Positions 1 through 9,435 of a stretch of 64,000 nucleotides of DNA are shown here, piece by piece. The translations under genes were made by a program, and so were the position numbers. Position 1 is the stretch's first letter. Each line of letters begins with the position of its first letter. The notes beneath the pieces were generated by a model. It saw only the letters and a program-made list of their open reading frames with translations, was not told where the DNA came from and made no database searches. The stretch is from Gammaproteobacteria bacterium (GTDB lineage: Bacteria; Pseudomonadota; Gammaproteobacteria; JAJFKG01). The DNA lies in the NCBI GenBank assembly GCA_965116795.1, contig OZ220716.1:2090503-2154502 (forward strand), given 5' to 3'.

Positions 1-720
1 CGACGATTAGAAGCGGCGGTAAGCAAAGCATTACGCGACCAATTAGAAAACCTAACTCGTCGTGAAGAAGTGATGGCAGCCGAAGCCTTAACTAAAGGCA
101 CCGTCACCGTATCTGGCGACAATTACCCAACGCAAGTAGTCAACTTTAAACGTGACCCGAAGCTTACGATTAAACTCTCAGGCAATAATGACAAGTGGAG
201 CAATCCAGAATCCCCCGCCCTTGACCAGTTAGAGGATTGGGCGAGCTTGATTCAAGAAAAATCCGGTGCAGTCGCTCGTCGTGTTATCCTTGACCCTAAA
301 GCCTGGCGGTTATTACGCAAGAACAAACAAGTTATCAGTCAACTGGAAATTCGTCGTGGTACTACCATCAACATCGATACTGACCCAATGATACGCGGCC
401 AAGGTAATGAAAAAGCACGCTATGTTGGCTCTATTGGTGATTTTGATTTTCATGTTTACAATGATGTCTACGTTGATGATGAGAATACCGTACAACATTT
501 GTTACCTGACCATACCGTATTACTGGTCAGTCAACAGAACTTAGAAGGCACACGGTGTTATGGCATGATACGTGATGAAAAAGCCGACTTTCGAGCAATG
601 CGTTACTTCAGTAAAAGTTGGATGGAAGAAGACCCGGCCGTCAGATGGTTGTTATTACAATCCGCGCCATTGATTGTGCCCTATCGTCCGAATGCATCAC
701 TGTGTGCTTTGGTGGCATAA
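1..720 (+). CDS. Phage major capsid protein, lambda gpE-like (5'-partial)
   Basis: Frame is open from base 1 (RRLEAAVSKALRDQLENLTRREEVMAAEAL). C-terminus FSKSWMEEDPAVRWLLLQSAPLIVPYRPNA is typical of the Phage_cap_E family. Confidence 0.9.
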   Translation, partial: RRLEAAVSKALRDQLENLTRREEVMAAEALTKGTVTVSGDNYPTQVVNFKRDPKLTIKLSGNNDKWSNPESPALDQLEDWASLIQEKSGAVARRVILDPKAWRLLRKNKQVISQLEIRRGTTINIDTDPMIRGQGNEKARYVGSIGDFDFHVYNDVYVDDENTVQHLLPDHTVLLVSQQNLEGTRCYGMIRDEKADFRAMRYFSKSWMEEDPAVRWLLLQSAPLIVPYRPNASLCALVA

Positions 721-721
721 G

Positions 722-1039
722 ATGTTACCTGCATTCTTACAAGCCACTGACAGATTGTTTGCGCGCTTAGGGGTGCAAGCCACCTATCATCCACAAGGCA
801 CAAGCAATAGCATTACTTTGCCAGTCATTTTAAAAATCCCAGACCACATTGTGGATTTCGGCGAAGCCCACTTGCATACGACCACACAAGTGATTGACGT
901 GAAGTGCAATGATGTTAAAGAACCGAAAATAGGTGACGTGATTACCATTGATAAATCATCTTATCGCATCCAAAGCGAACCAGTACGTGACTTACATGGA
1001 TTAATCTGGAAAATAGACGTGATTAAAGTATGCAATTAA
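722..1039 (+). CDS. Head-tail joining protein (gpFII-like)
   Basis: ATG at 722, immediately after the capsid stop. Small beta-rich protein ending PKIGDVITI...YRIQSEPVRD...W. Confidence 0.7.
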   Translation: MLPAFLQATDRLFARLGVQATYHPQGTSNSITLPVILKIPDHIVDFGEAHLHTTTQVIDVKCNDVKEPKIGDVITIDKSSYRIQSEPVRDLHGLIWKIDVIKVCN

Positions 1040-1686
1040 AAGCGGCATTGAGTGGTCGTCTTGATGAGCATTTTAAAGCCAACTTAAAAGAAGCAGAGCA
1101 TGCTGTCACGACTGGCATTAAGACAGCAACCAATAACTTAAAGCTGCAAATGCGCAGCCAAGTGATAGCGGCTAACTTAGGTAAACGCTTAGCCAATAGT
1201 TGGCGCGGGGATGTGTACCCTAAACAAAAGACAAGCTTGAATGCAGCAGGTCATGTGTATGCACGTGCGCATAAGATTCTTACCAACTTTGAACAGGGCA
1301 CGCTGATACGAGGACGTAAAGGGTTATGGTTGGCTATTCCAACACCCAATGTGCCTAAACGACTTGGAGGCAAACGCCCCATGCCGGGTGACATTGAACA
1401 TGCCTGGAATGTAAAACTACGCTTTGTGTATCGCGCTAATGGTGCATCACTGTTGGTGTTAGATAACCGTCGTGCATCCTACAGTCGCAAGACTGGTGAA
1501 TTACGGGGTTTTCGTAAAGCCAGTCAATCCGCATTACGTACAGGCCGTGGATTAACCACTGTTGTGATGTTCTGGTTAGTGCCACAGGTGAAAATGCCAA
1601 AGCGATTGCATTTCAAAACAGCAAGTGAACGTCAGCAACGACAACTACCGAAACTGATTGTTGAAAACTGGAATGAACCCAAATGA
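1030..1686 (+). CDS. Phage neck/tail-completion protein (DUF6441-like)
   Basis: Basic protein with LGKRLANSWR..YPK..SLNAAG and WLAIPT motifs, located between the joining and terminator genes. Confidence 0.65.
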   Translation: MQLKAALSGRLDEHFKANLKEAEHAVTTGIKTATNNLKLQMRSQVIAANLGKRLANSWRGDVYPKQKTSLNAAGHVYARAHKILTNFEQGTLIRGRKGLWLAIPTPNVPKRLGGKRPMPGDIEHAWNVKLRFVYRANGASLLVLDNRRASYSRKTGELRGFRKASQSALRTGRGLTTVVMFWLVPQVKMPKRLHFKTASERQQRQLPKLIVENWNEPK

Positions 1687-2117
1687 CAAGTACACGCGAG
1701 CTTGCTCTGCAAGCGTTATTTTATACATTGAAAGACGCCTTGCCTGATATCACTGTGCTACGCAATAGTGTGTTAACCACCGCTGTTCCTGACAGTGGCT
1801 TGATAATTGTGCGTGATGGTGAAGTGGGTGAACCTGATATGTTACTGTCACCACCACGTTACATTTATAAACATAAAGCTGAATGTGATGTCATTATTCA
1901 ACATCAAGATGATTTGCTGCGCGAACAGCAGTTCGATGCGTTATTAATAAACGTGGGTGATATACTGCAACAGACAAACACGCTCAACGGTCTCATTGAT
2001 TTATTAACGGTGGGCAGTCCTGAGTTAGTAACGGAGCCGATTGAAGGGGCAGCTACAATGAAAGCAGCAACGGTGCCGGTGATACTCGAATATGTGACGG
2101 ACCATCCTTTGCTGTAA
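1683..2117 (+). CDS. Putative tail terminator protein
   Basis: 144 aa, RDGEVGEP..LLSP..Y.Y.H motif, directly upstream of the tail tube gene. Confidence 0.6.
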   Translation: MTSTRELALQALFYTLKDALPDITVLRNSVLTTAVPDSGLIIVRDGEVGEPDMLLSPPRYIYKHKAECDVIIQHQDDLLREQQFDALLINVGDILQQTNTLNGLIDLLTVGSPELVTEPIEGAATMKAATVPVILEYVTDHPLL

Positions 2118-2132
2118 CAAAAATTGCAAATC

Positions 2133-2169
2133 AAAAAAAACGCGTATCAAACGGTGGGTCTGATACGCG
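2133..2169 (-). terminator. Intrinsic terminator on the minus strand
   Basis: Stem CGCGTATCA (2141-2149) / TGATACGCG (2161-2169), preceded on + by A8 (2133-2140), which is a U8 tail on the minus strand. Confidence 0.7.
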
Positions 2170-2380
2170 AAGCACAAATATACAAGGAGTTATGCAATTT
2201 GACGATGACTATTATAGTCAGTTTTATCCTTGAGCATAGTGGCAGATAAGCCTTATTAGTGTCAGCCGTTAACGCGCTTTTTTGTCTTGCAATTGACGGT
2301 GTCGTTGTCAGCTTGCTTTGCTGCTGAACAATGACTGTCGCAGCAATCCCCTGTTACCGTTACTATTTTAGGAGAAACCT

Positions 2381-3451
2381 ATGGCACGCGCATACGGCTG
2401 GAATGCCAGTCTATTATTTGGTTTTGAACAGGATTACGGTATACCGCCAACTAACGGATACCGCCAAGTCCCCTTTATTTCATCGTCACTCGACTCCGAG
2501 CAAGGCTTGATTGAATCTAATATCTTGGGACTAGGGCGTGACCCTACAGCGCCATTCCAGGATATTATCAACGTTGATGGCGATATCGTTATTCCAGCGG
2601 AGCTTCGCAGTATCGGTTTGTGGTTGACGGGATTATTAGGCGAGCCAGAAACCACAAACAGTAAGAAAGCTTATCAACATACATTTGCTTCTGGCAAAAC
2701 ACGTTTGCCTAGCATCAGCTTAGAAATTGGTTTACCCGACGTGCCTGATTACCCGCTGTATACGGGTGCACGGGTTAACTCGATGGCGTTTAATTTTGAG
2801 CGCAGCGGTGAAGCACAAGTGACGGTAAACTTGTTAGGGCAAGGTGAAACGGCCAGCCATACAACACGTGATCCAGAGTCATCACAATTTTCCTATACGC
2901 GGTTCTCGCAATTCCAAGGTTCGATTAAACATGCTGGGGAATTTCTAGCAGATGTCACCTCAGCCGCAATGACCTACAGCAACAACTTTGAGAAAATCCA
3001 AACGATACGCGATGATGGTAAGGTTGATGGCATTGATCCAGGGATTGCAGCACTCTCAGGTAATATCTCCGTGCGTTACAGTAATTCAAAGTTGATGGAC
3101 TTGGCGCGCGAAGGTAATCCCATTGATATTGAATTGGCTTATACCATTGATGAGCACCGTAAATTAGTATTAACCGCACACTCAGTGTATTTACCCAAAG
3201 CCAAACGCAGTATTAATGGTGCCGGTGGTATTGAAGCGGCATACGATTTTCAAGGGGCCAAATCTGAGAAGTTTAACCGGATGTTAACGGTGACACTGAT
3301 GAATGATATCAGTGGTTATCACTTACAAGCATTACCACCCAAACCACCCAAAACATTGCCACCGAAAAAACCACCGCAAGAGACCGAGCAACAACAGGAG
3401 GAACCTAACGATGCTGAAACTGTCACTCTCTACAAACCCCCACTGGATTGA
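2381..3451 (+). CDS. Phage tail tube protein with Pro/Lys-rich C-terminal extension
   Basis: RBS AGGAG. N-terminus MARAYGWNA...LDSEQGLIESNILGLGRDP. No sheath gene, so a non-contractile tail. Confidence 0.85.
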   Translation: MARAYGWNASLLFGFEQDYGIPPTNGYRQVPFISSSLDSEQGLIESNILGLGRDPTAPFQDIINVDGDIVIPAELRSIGLWLTGLLGEPETTNSKKAYQHTFASGKTRLPSISLEIGLPDVPDYPLYTGARVNSMAFNFERSGEAQVTVNLLGQGETASHTTRDPESSQFSYTRFSQFQGSIKHAGEFLADVTSAAMTYSNNFEKIQTIRDDGKVDGIDPGIAALSGNISVRYSNSKLMDLAREGNPIDIELAYTIDEHRKLVLTAHSVYLPKAKRSINGAGGIEAAYDFQGAKSEKFNRMLTVTLMNDISGYHLQALPPKPPKTLPPKKPPQETEQQQEEPNDAETVTLYKPPLD

Positions 3452-3977
3452 TTTAGGCATGCAGGTGCGCGTTAAAGTACGCCCGTGCAATAGTGCTATC
3501 TTTTATCAAGCCAAAGCCTTTATGCAACATCGTTTGCAACAAATAGGTGAAGATTACCGCATTCAAAAAGACAGTGGCGCTGACATGAGCCACTTACCTA
3601 ACGTAGAAGATGAAACTACCCGTGAAGCTTTAGCTGAGCAGTACCTAACACTCGGTTTAGCCTTGGTGGGTATCATCGAATGGGAAGGCGTACTGGATAA
3701 TGATGATAAAGAGGAAGATGTGATTGCTCCTGTTACTGAAAATAACATCACGCAGTTATTTGAAAACTACTGGGTGATTGCTGAAACGTTCCGTCAACAA
3801 TACACCGGTATGCGAGAGTTGTTAGAATCTGAAAAAAACGAATCACGACTCGCTTGCAATGGCACTGCAACGGCGGGTCGGAGTATTGCGCCAACTGTGC
3901 CAGACAACAGCTCCCCTGCGCACAAGGACAAGCCAGCGAAAACGGGGAAAAGTGCCCATACCTCGAAAATACATTAA
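3411..3977 (+). CDS. Tail assembly chaperone (gpG-like)
   Basis: AGGAGG RBS before ATG 3411. Contains the IIEWEGV motif. Lies between tube and tape measure genes. Confidence 0.75.
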   Translation: MLKLSLSTNPHWIDLGMQVRVKVRPCNSAIFYQAKAFMQHRLQQIGEDYRIQKDSGADMSHLPNVEDETTREALAEQYLTLGLALVGIIEWEGVLDNDDKEEDVIAPVTENNITQLFENYWVIAETFRQQYTGMRELLESEKNESRLACNGTATAGRSIAPTVPDNSSPAHKDKPAKTGKSAHTSKIH

Positions 3978-4177
3978 AGACGATAGAAGGTTGGCAAGCC
4001 TGGGATGTGGCTAACAAAGTGTTAACCCAATGTCAGGAGTGCTTCCCGTTAGATATAGCATTGCAGTTGAGTGAAAGCTTAGGTTACCATCAAGCTGCGA
4101 TGGCAGAACTGTTGCCATCGGCGGCCATCGGTATCGCACTTGCTCTCAAAGACATGCAGAAAAAATCGACTGATTAG
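3833..4177 (+). CDS. gpT-like -1 frameshift extension of the tail chaperone (GT fusion)
   Basis: Slippery heptamer A AAA AAC at 3833-3839. The -1 frame is open (KRITTRLQWHCNGGSEYC...) to the stop at 4177. Confidence 0.75.
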   Translation, partial: KKRITTRLQWHCNGGSEYCANCARQQLPCAQGQASENGEKCPYLENTLKTIEGWQAWDVANKVLTQCQECFPLDIALQLSESLGYHQAAMAELLPSAAIGIALALKDMQKKSTD

Positions 4178-4314
4178 CAATAATAACCAGCATCAGAGAC
4201 AGTAGTTAATCGTATTGATGGTATTGGTGTGATCAATACTGCCATTTTGCCTGTAGATAGCTTAAAATGTTTTTTAATATTCAAACGGTCGACAGTGTGT
4301 AAGGAACATTTCAA

Positions 4315-4701
4315 ATGAAGAAACTCATTTACATCGTGTTAATGATCACAATGATTTCGGCGTGTTCAGATCACACACAAACCACTGTTGATGATACGTT
4401 GCCAGAGTATGATGTTATTCCTTATTGTCTTAAATTTTCCAGCCAGTTCAAAAAATACGATATCGAGGGCGTATTTAGTGCTTCTGATAGTACATTTACT
4501 GATTGCCTTAAAGAGGAAAAAACCAATTATGAATGGCTAAAATCTCATTGGGATTTGCTTTCTTCAAAAGCTAAGACATTTTGTAAACAAGCAGCCGGCG
4601 ATCCCGATGAAGATTATAATGTTTTAAAAGTTTGCGCACAAGCCGTTACATGTAAAGAAGATAATGACAACCTAGATATTTGCATCGAGCAAAAAAACTA
4701 A
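4315..4701 (+). CDS. Cys-rich lipoprotein, moron
   Basis: Signal peptide MKKLIYIVLMITMISA-C with lipobox, several further Cys, AT-rich, own intergenic gaps on both sides. Confidence 0.65.
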   Translation: MKKLIYIVLMITMISACSDHTQTTVDDTLPEYDVIPYCLKFSSQFKKYDIEGVFSASDSTFTDCLKEEKTNYEWLKSHWDLLSSKAKTFCKQAAGDPDEDYNVLKVCAQAVTCKEDNDNLDICIEQKN

Positions 4702-4833
4702 AAGTCATTCTAGGCTGTTAATTTCTTATTTTCATGCCTAAATTAGGCAATCCTAAAATCCATATTCAAACCAAATTTATCACTAATGCTACACAGCTTA
4801 GGAAATATTTATGTTTAACGTAAGGGATACCCT

Positions 4834-7719
4834 ATGAGTAACTCTGCCAACAGCAAAAATTTGTCAATTCGATTAGCTGCCACAGGTGGCGATCAGGTGC
4901 GCCGAGAGTTTGACAAGCTTGGCACACGTGGTCAGCGTGCATTTGATAACATCAAAGAAGCGACAAAGCCTGCATCTAAAGAGATCAAAGCTGTTGATAT
5001 TGCCGCAAAGTCCTTGAATCGTACTCTCAAACAAGCGGCAGGCTTGCTGGGAGCTTACACCGGTATTCGTGGCCTCACTCGTTCCTTTGGTTTTTTAGTG
5101 TCAACCAATCGAGAGTTTGAACGCTTACATGCAAGCTTGAAAACGGTCACTGGCTCTTTAAAAGGGGCCGATGATGCTTTTGCGATGATTGAAGACTTTG
5201 CTTCAAAGACGCCGTTTAGTGTGGAGCAGTTAACAGAAGCTTTCATCAAGTTAAAAGCATTGGGTCTTGACCCGTCAGCTGATGCACTACGTTCTTACGG
5301 CAATACGGCTTCTGCGATGGGTAAGGACTTATTGTTATTTGTCGATGCAGTAGCTAATGCGACCACCGGCCGCTTCATGAACTTAAAGTCCTTCGGTATT
5401 AATGCGGAAGTGCAAGGAGATAAGGTTGCTTTTACCTTTAACAAGGTTACCACGGTTGTTAAAAAAAATGTCACTGCCATTGAAGGGTACTTGCGCAGTA
5501 TTGGTAAGACCCAGTTTGCCGGTGCCATGGCAGCACAAATGGATATCTTAGAAGGAATTTTTAGTAACATTAAAGATAATGTCTCTCACATTGCACGCGA
5601 AATTGGTAAGGGTGGATTTACCAAAGCTATCCACGATATCGGTGTCAGTGTGAGAGATGCAACAACGGGTGTCGATGATGCCGCTCATGCTATTGGCGAA
5701 ACACTGGGTAATGCGATTCGCATGAGCGCGAATGCATTTGGATTTTTATTCCAGTATGCAAGCTTAGCCGCTACAGGGTTAGAGTACCTGTTAGTGGCTC
5801 GCACCGTAGCTAAAGCTGTTGCCTTATTAAGAGCGGCTGTTGTTGGTCATGCGGGTTTGGCGGCAGGGTTGCGGTTATTAACCGGTCTATCAGCAGGCGC
5901 AGCGGCTAAGGTGGTTGTGCTCGCAGGGACTACCAAATTAGCAACGGTTGCTACGCTTGGCTTTAAACACGCGCTGGGATTTGTGGGTGGCCCAGTGGGT
6001 TTAGCTGCAATGGCAGGGTTGGCACTGTATAAACTAGCCGAGGGTCATGAAGCAGCCACTGTTGCGGCTAAACGACATACTACTGAGCTTAGTAAGCTGA
6101 TGGAGACAGTAAAAAAAGCAGCTAATGGGACTGGGCAACCGATGTTGGTCAATGAAGCTATCGCGCGTCTGACTGAAGAATTGAACACATCGAAAAAAGA
6201 AGCCGCCAAGCTGATGCAAGAAATTCGTTCTGTTTACCCTGGCAGTTTCTTAGGCCATGTCAAAGAGTTATTTCATTTTGACTTAATGAAAGATTTAGAA
6301 CAAGTCCGTCACGCCTTTCAGACGCGTAAAAATGATATGGACAAACATTACAAAGCCATATGGGATTTGACGTCAACACATCCAGAATTTACCAAGCAAG
6401 CTAAAGAAGCTAGCGGACAGATAGAAGCTTATAAAAAACTGCAGTCGAACATCAAAAAAATCGAATCTGAAATAGTTGAACTACAAAACGGCAAACTTAA
6501 CACGAACCCAAGCAAACAGGACTTGAAACAAGTTATCCCTGCGTTAGACGAAAAACAAATCCAACACATCAAAGAAACGATTCAATCATTACAAGCACAG
6601 ACGGCTGCCATGCAACGATTAGTTGTTGCACGCAAACAAGGAAGCGACGCGGTACAGCGCGCCTTGATATTAAACGAGCAAGAAAATACATTAGCCAAGC
6701 TTGGCATTGATGCCAGCCAACAACAAACTGAAGCAGCATCCAAGCTCATCAAACAGACTAAAGATTTAATTCAACAAAAATACAACTTACAACAAGCGGA
6801 CAAAGAGGCCATTGAAGCGGCGAAACGTCATGCGCAAACAGTACAAACTATCACACGTGCGTTGAATGCAACTAAATCTGAAAGTGAGCAAGCCCGCATT
6901 GAAGCCGATACCTGGCGTCAGAGTGCATTAGCGGGATTAGATAGCACGCGTCAAGGCTATGCTACCTTTGCCAGTGACATTGAAACTGTTTACCAGAACA
7001 TGTTAAAGCAAGCGCGTGAGAAAGATTTAGCGAGCTCCAAACATTGGCAAGATGGCGTAACTCGTGGACTTCGCGATGTGGTGGATGAAGCCAATGACAT
7101 GGCATCGCAAGTGGAAAATGCAGTCACCAATGCCTTTTCTAACATGGAGGATGCACTGGTTGAGTTTGTCACCAAAGGTAAACTGGATTTTAAATCACTG
7201 ACGGACTCTATCATTTCCGATATTCTTCACATTCAAATCAAACAAAACATTACTGCGCCCTTAGCGAGTGCATTAGGCTCAATTAACTTTAGTGGTTTAT
7301 TTGGCACGGCGCATAGCGGTGGCGTCATTGGTCATGATGCGTTAGCAAAACGTGCCGTCAATTCATCTGTATTTGATGGCGCCCCAAAATTCCATGGGGG
7401 CGGTGTTGTTGGTAATGAAGTGCCAATTATTGCTAAAAAAGGTGAGACCGTGTTTACACCAGGACAAATGCAATTGTTAGGAGCAGGCTTAGCCGCGCGT
7501 AATGCACCGGTTAGTGTCAACGTGACAGTTCATAATAATGTTTCTGGCGTGCAAGCCAAAACCCATACGTCTAAAACACCTGATGGCAATGTGCAACTGG
7601 ATATTATTGTTGAACATGTTGAACAAAAGCTCGCGCGCAATATCACGCGTGGTGATGGTTTGGCACCGGTGATGGAACGACGTTACGGTTTGAATCCAGC
7701 CAATGGCAGTTATCGGTAA
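4834..7719 (+). CDS. Tail tape measure protein
   Basis: 961 aa, Ala-rich and helical. FASKTPFSVEQLTEAFIKLKALG tape-measure motif. Lambda-type C-terminus (FVTKGKLDFKSLTDSIISD; FHGGGVVGNEVPIIAKKGETVFT). Confidence 0.93.
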   Translation: MSNSANSKNLSIRLAATGGDQVRREFDKLGTRGQRAFDNIKEATKPASKEIKAVDIAAKSLNRTLKQAAGLLGAYTGIRGLTRSFGFLVSTNREFERLHASLKTVTGSLKGADDAFAMIEDFASKTPFSVEQLTEAFIKLKALGLDPSADALRSYGNTASAMGKDLLLFVDAVANATTGRFMNLKSFGINAEVQGDKVAFTFNKVTTVVKKNVTAIEGYLRSIGKTQFAGAMAAQMDILEGIFSNIKDNVSHIAREIGKGGFTKAIHDIGVSVRDATTGVDDAAHAIGETLGNAIRMSANAFGFLFQYASLAATGLEYLLVARTVAKAVALLRAAVVGHAGLAAGLRLLTGLSAGAAAKVVVLAGTTKLATVATLGFKHALGFVGGPVGLAAMAGLALYKLAEGHEAATVAAKRHTTELSKLMETVKKAANGTGQPMLVNEAIARLTEELNTSKKEAAKLMQEIRSVYPGSFLGHVKELFHFDLMKDLEQVRHAFQTRKNDMDKHYKAIWDLTSTHPEFTKQAKEASGQIEAYKKLQSNIKKIESEIVELQNGKLNTNPSKQDLKQVIPALDEKQIQHIKETIQSLQAQTAAMQRLVVARKQGSDAVQRALILNEQENTLAKLGIDASQQQTEAASKLIKQTKDLIQQKYNLQQADKEAIEAAKRHAQTVQTITRALNATKSESEQARIEADTWRQSALAGLDSTRQGYATFASDIETVYQNMLKQAREKDLASSKHWQDGVTRGLRDVVDEANDMASQVENAVTNAFSNMEDALVEFVTKGKLDFKSLTDSIISDILHIQIKQNITAPLASALGSINFSGLFGTAHSGGVIGHDALAKRAVNSSVFDGAPKFHGGGVVGNEVPIIAKKGETVFTPGQMQLLGAGLAARNAPVSVNVTVHNNVSGVQAKTHTSKTPDGNVQLDIIVEHVEQKLARNITRGDGLAPVMERRYGLNPANGSYR

Positions 7720-7904
7720 AAGATAAACAGAAAAAAGCCAGTTGCGCCATAATTTACTATTCAATCAAATTGCAATAGTGCCGCAATATTAGGAACGATT
7801 TAGCAAAAAATGTTTTTCAATTTCATGTGGTTGATAATAAAGTGGGCATCGCGCTGAAGGAACATATAAGATAGCTGATGGGACATAAAGTTAACTTGTC
7901 TCAG

Positions 7905-8732
7905 TTAGCGTTCTGTTAATTGATTAAGCTGTTCATAGGAAAAAATATCGCAAAATTCTGAGAAATCAGCATGATTCAATAAGTCATTACTAAGCTTTAA
8001 AAGCTTAGTTGCTATAAATCGTAAAGGTAATGATCCTATACTGATTCGCTTAACTCCAGAATTTTTTGCTTTTTCGTAATTAAGTTTGGCATCACCTAAA
8101 ATGTTGATTGGCTTTTTTAACTGGTCTGTTAACCGGCTAACATAATCAAAATCATTTAATCCTGGTATAAATAGACCATCTGCACCGGCTGACTCGTAAG
8201 CTCTTAGACGATTTAGTGTCTCTGTCTTTCGATCTTCGAATTTAATATGTTTTGCCCAATAAGTATCAGTTCTTGCATTTATGAATAATTTTTCATTCGA
8301 TTTTTCGATATGATTCTTGATAGATTGAATGCGATTAGCATGTTCATTGGCAGGCATAAGTTGATCCGGTGTATTTGGATAGCGATCTTCGATATTAATA
8401 CCAACAACACCAGCTTCGATTAACTGTTCGATATAGTTAGTTAATCTATTAACATTTTTTGTGTAACCTGCCTCAAAATCAATACTTAATGGAATTTTAA
8501 TATGTGAATTAATACGTTTTACCGTATCAATTAGTGTACTAAAAGGTAGTTTTTCACCATCTGGATAGCCAAGTGAAACTGCAATGGCAGCACTGCTTGT
8601 TGCTATGGCTTGAGCACCTGCATTTTCAAAAACTTTTGCACTAATAACATCCCAGACATTAAGTAAGATGAGTGGTTCTTTTTTATAATGAAGATTAAAA
8701 AACTGTTGGAATTTATGATCTTGTGTTCTCAT
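7905..8732 (-). CDS. Isocitrate lyase / PEP mutase family protein, moron (ORF track gives the wrong strand)
   Basis: CAT at 8730-8732 and TTA at 7905-7907 place MRTQDHK...LTER* on the minus strand. Motifs NVWDVISA, ATSSAAIA, DFEAGY, GINIED, FINARTD, AGADGLF. Confidence 0.9.
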   Translation of the reverse strand: MRTQDHKFQQFFNLHYKKEPLILLNVWDVISAKVFENAGAQAIATSSAAIAVSLGYPDGEKLPFSTLIDTVKRINSHIKIPLSIDFEAGYTKNVNRLTNYIEQLIEAGVVGINIEDRYPNTPDQLMPANEHANRIQSIKNHIEKSNEKLFINARTDTYWAKHIKFEDRKTETLNRLRAYESAGADGLFIPGLNDFDYVSRLTDQLKKPINILGDAKLNYEKAKNSGVKRISIGSLPLRFIATKLLKLSNDLLNHADFSEFCDIFSYEQLNQLTER

Positions 8733-9065
8733 GAGTCTATATCTCTATTTAGATTTTTTGTTAAGTTTATTTAAAATCACAATAATGCAATTTCTTTGTC
8801 GCATAATGCTCACTTTTTGTTACTATTTTAGGTGTAATTTTCGATCACGCGACATTTCTTAGCTTATCCGGCACCCAAACTTTTTTTGTTAATTAGCATA
8901 ATGTCCACCTTGATTAGTTGCTTTCTTATGTTCAAACAGTAAGGAACGTTGGCAACTGTAATACAATTGAATTGACGATGCACGTATAACAATTACTTAT
9001 TTTGTCGGCAAATAAAATACCAAACGTCCTTTCCCCTGCCAACATGAATGTGGAGGTGAATTATC

Positions 9066-9425
9066 ATGACTATTCAATACGAGGTTAATCAGTTAACGGA
9101 ACGCCTAGCCACTGATACGGCCTTGCTACACCAGATTGTACACGGTGATGAAAAGACCATAGTTACCACCGAAGGCGGCTTAGTTAAATCCGCAGCCTAT
9201 GTTATTCATCAGTTAGAGCAAACGGTAGTAACGGCTGAGTTAGTGAGCACTGCCACAGCCAACTATCAGGTGGTCGTTGCAACGGCGGAATTAATAATAC
9301 CGGAGAAGTGGTTTATTCGTCTGTTGCAATTATTACAGCAACAACTGGCGTGTGAAGCGGCGTTAGTGCTGATGGATTTGCGAACGTTACCGGCGACCGA
9401 TAAGGATTTATCTGAAACAATATAG
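9066..9425 (+). CDS. Short tail adaptor-like protein, paralog of 11220..11750 (possibly truncated or decayed)
   Basis: GGAGG RBS. LHQIVHGDEKTIVTTEGGLVKSAAYVI matches LHEIVHGDEQTVVTTDGGEVNSPAKVI. Confidence 0.55.
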   Translation: MTIQYEVNQLTERLATDTALLHQIVHGDEKTIVTTEGGLVKSAAYVIHQLEQTVVTAELVSTATANYQVVVATAELIIPEKWFIRLLQLLQQQLACEAALVLMDLRTLPATDKDLSETI

Positions 9426-9435
9426 GACTATCACC

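Noticed and set aside
7741-8910. dif/Xer-like half sites (GCGCCATAA at about 7744, GTCGCATAA at about 8798, AATTAGCATAA at 8891) flanking the PEP-mutase moron
   Set aside because: None has a proper partner arm at 6-8 bp spacing. Such matches are expected by chance in AT-rich DNA.
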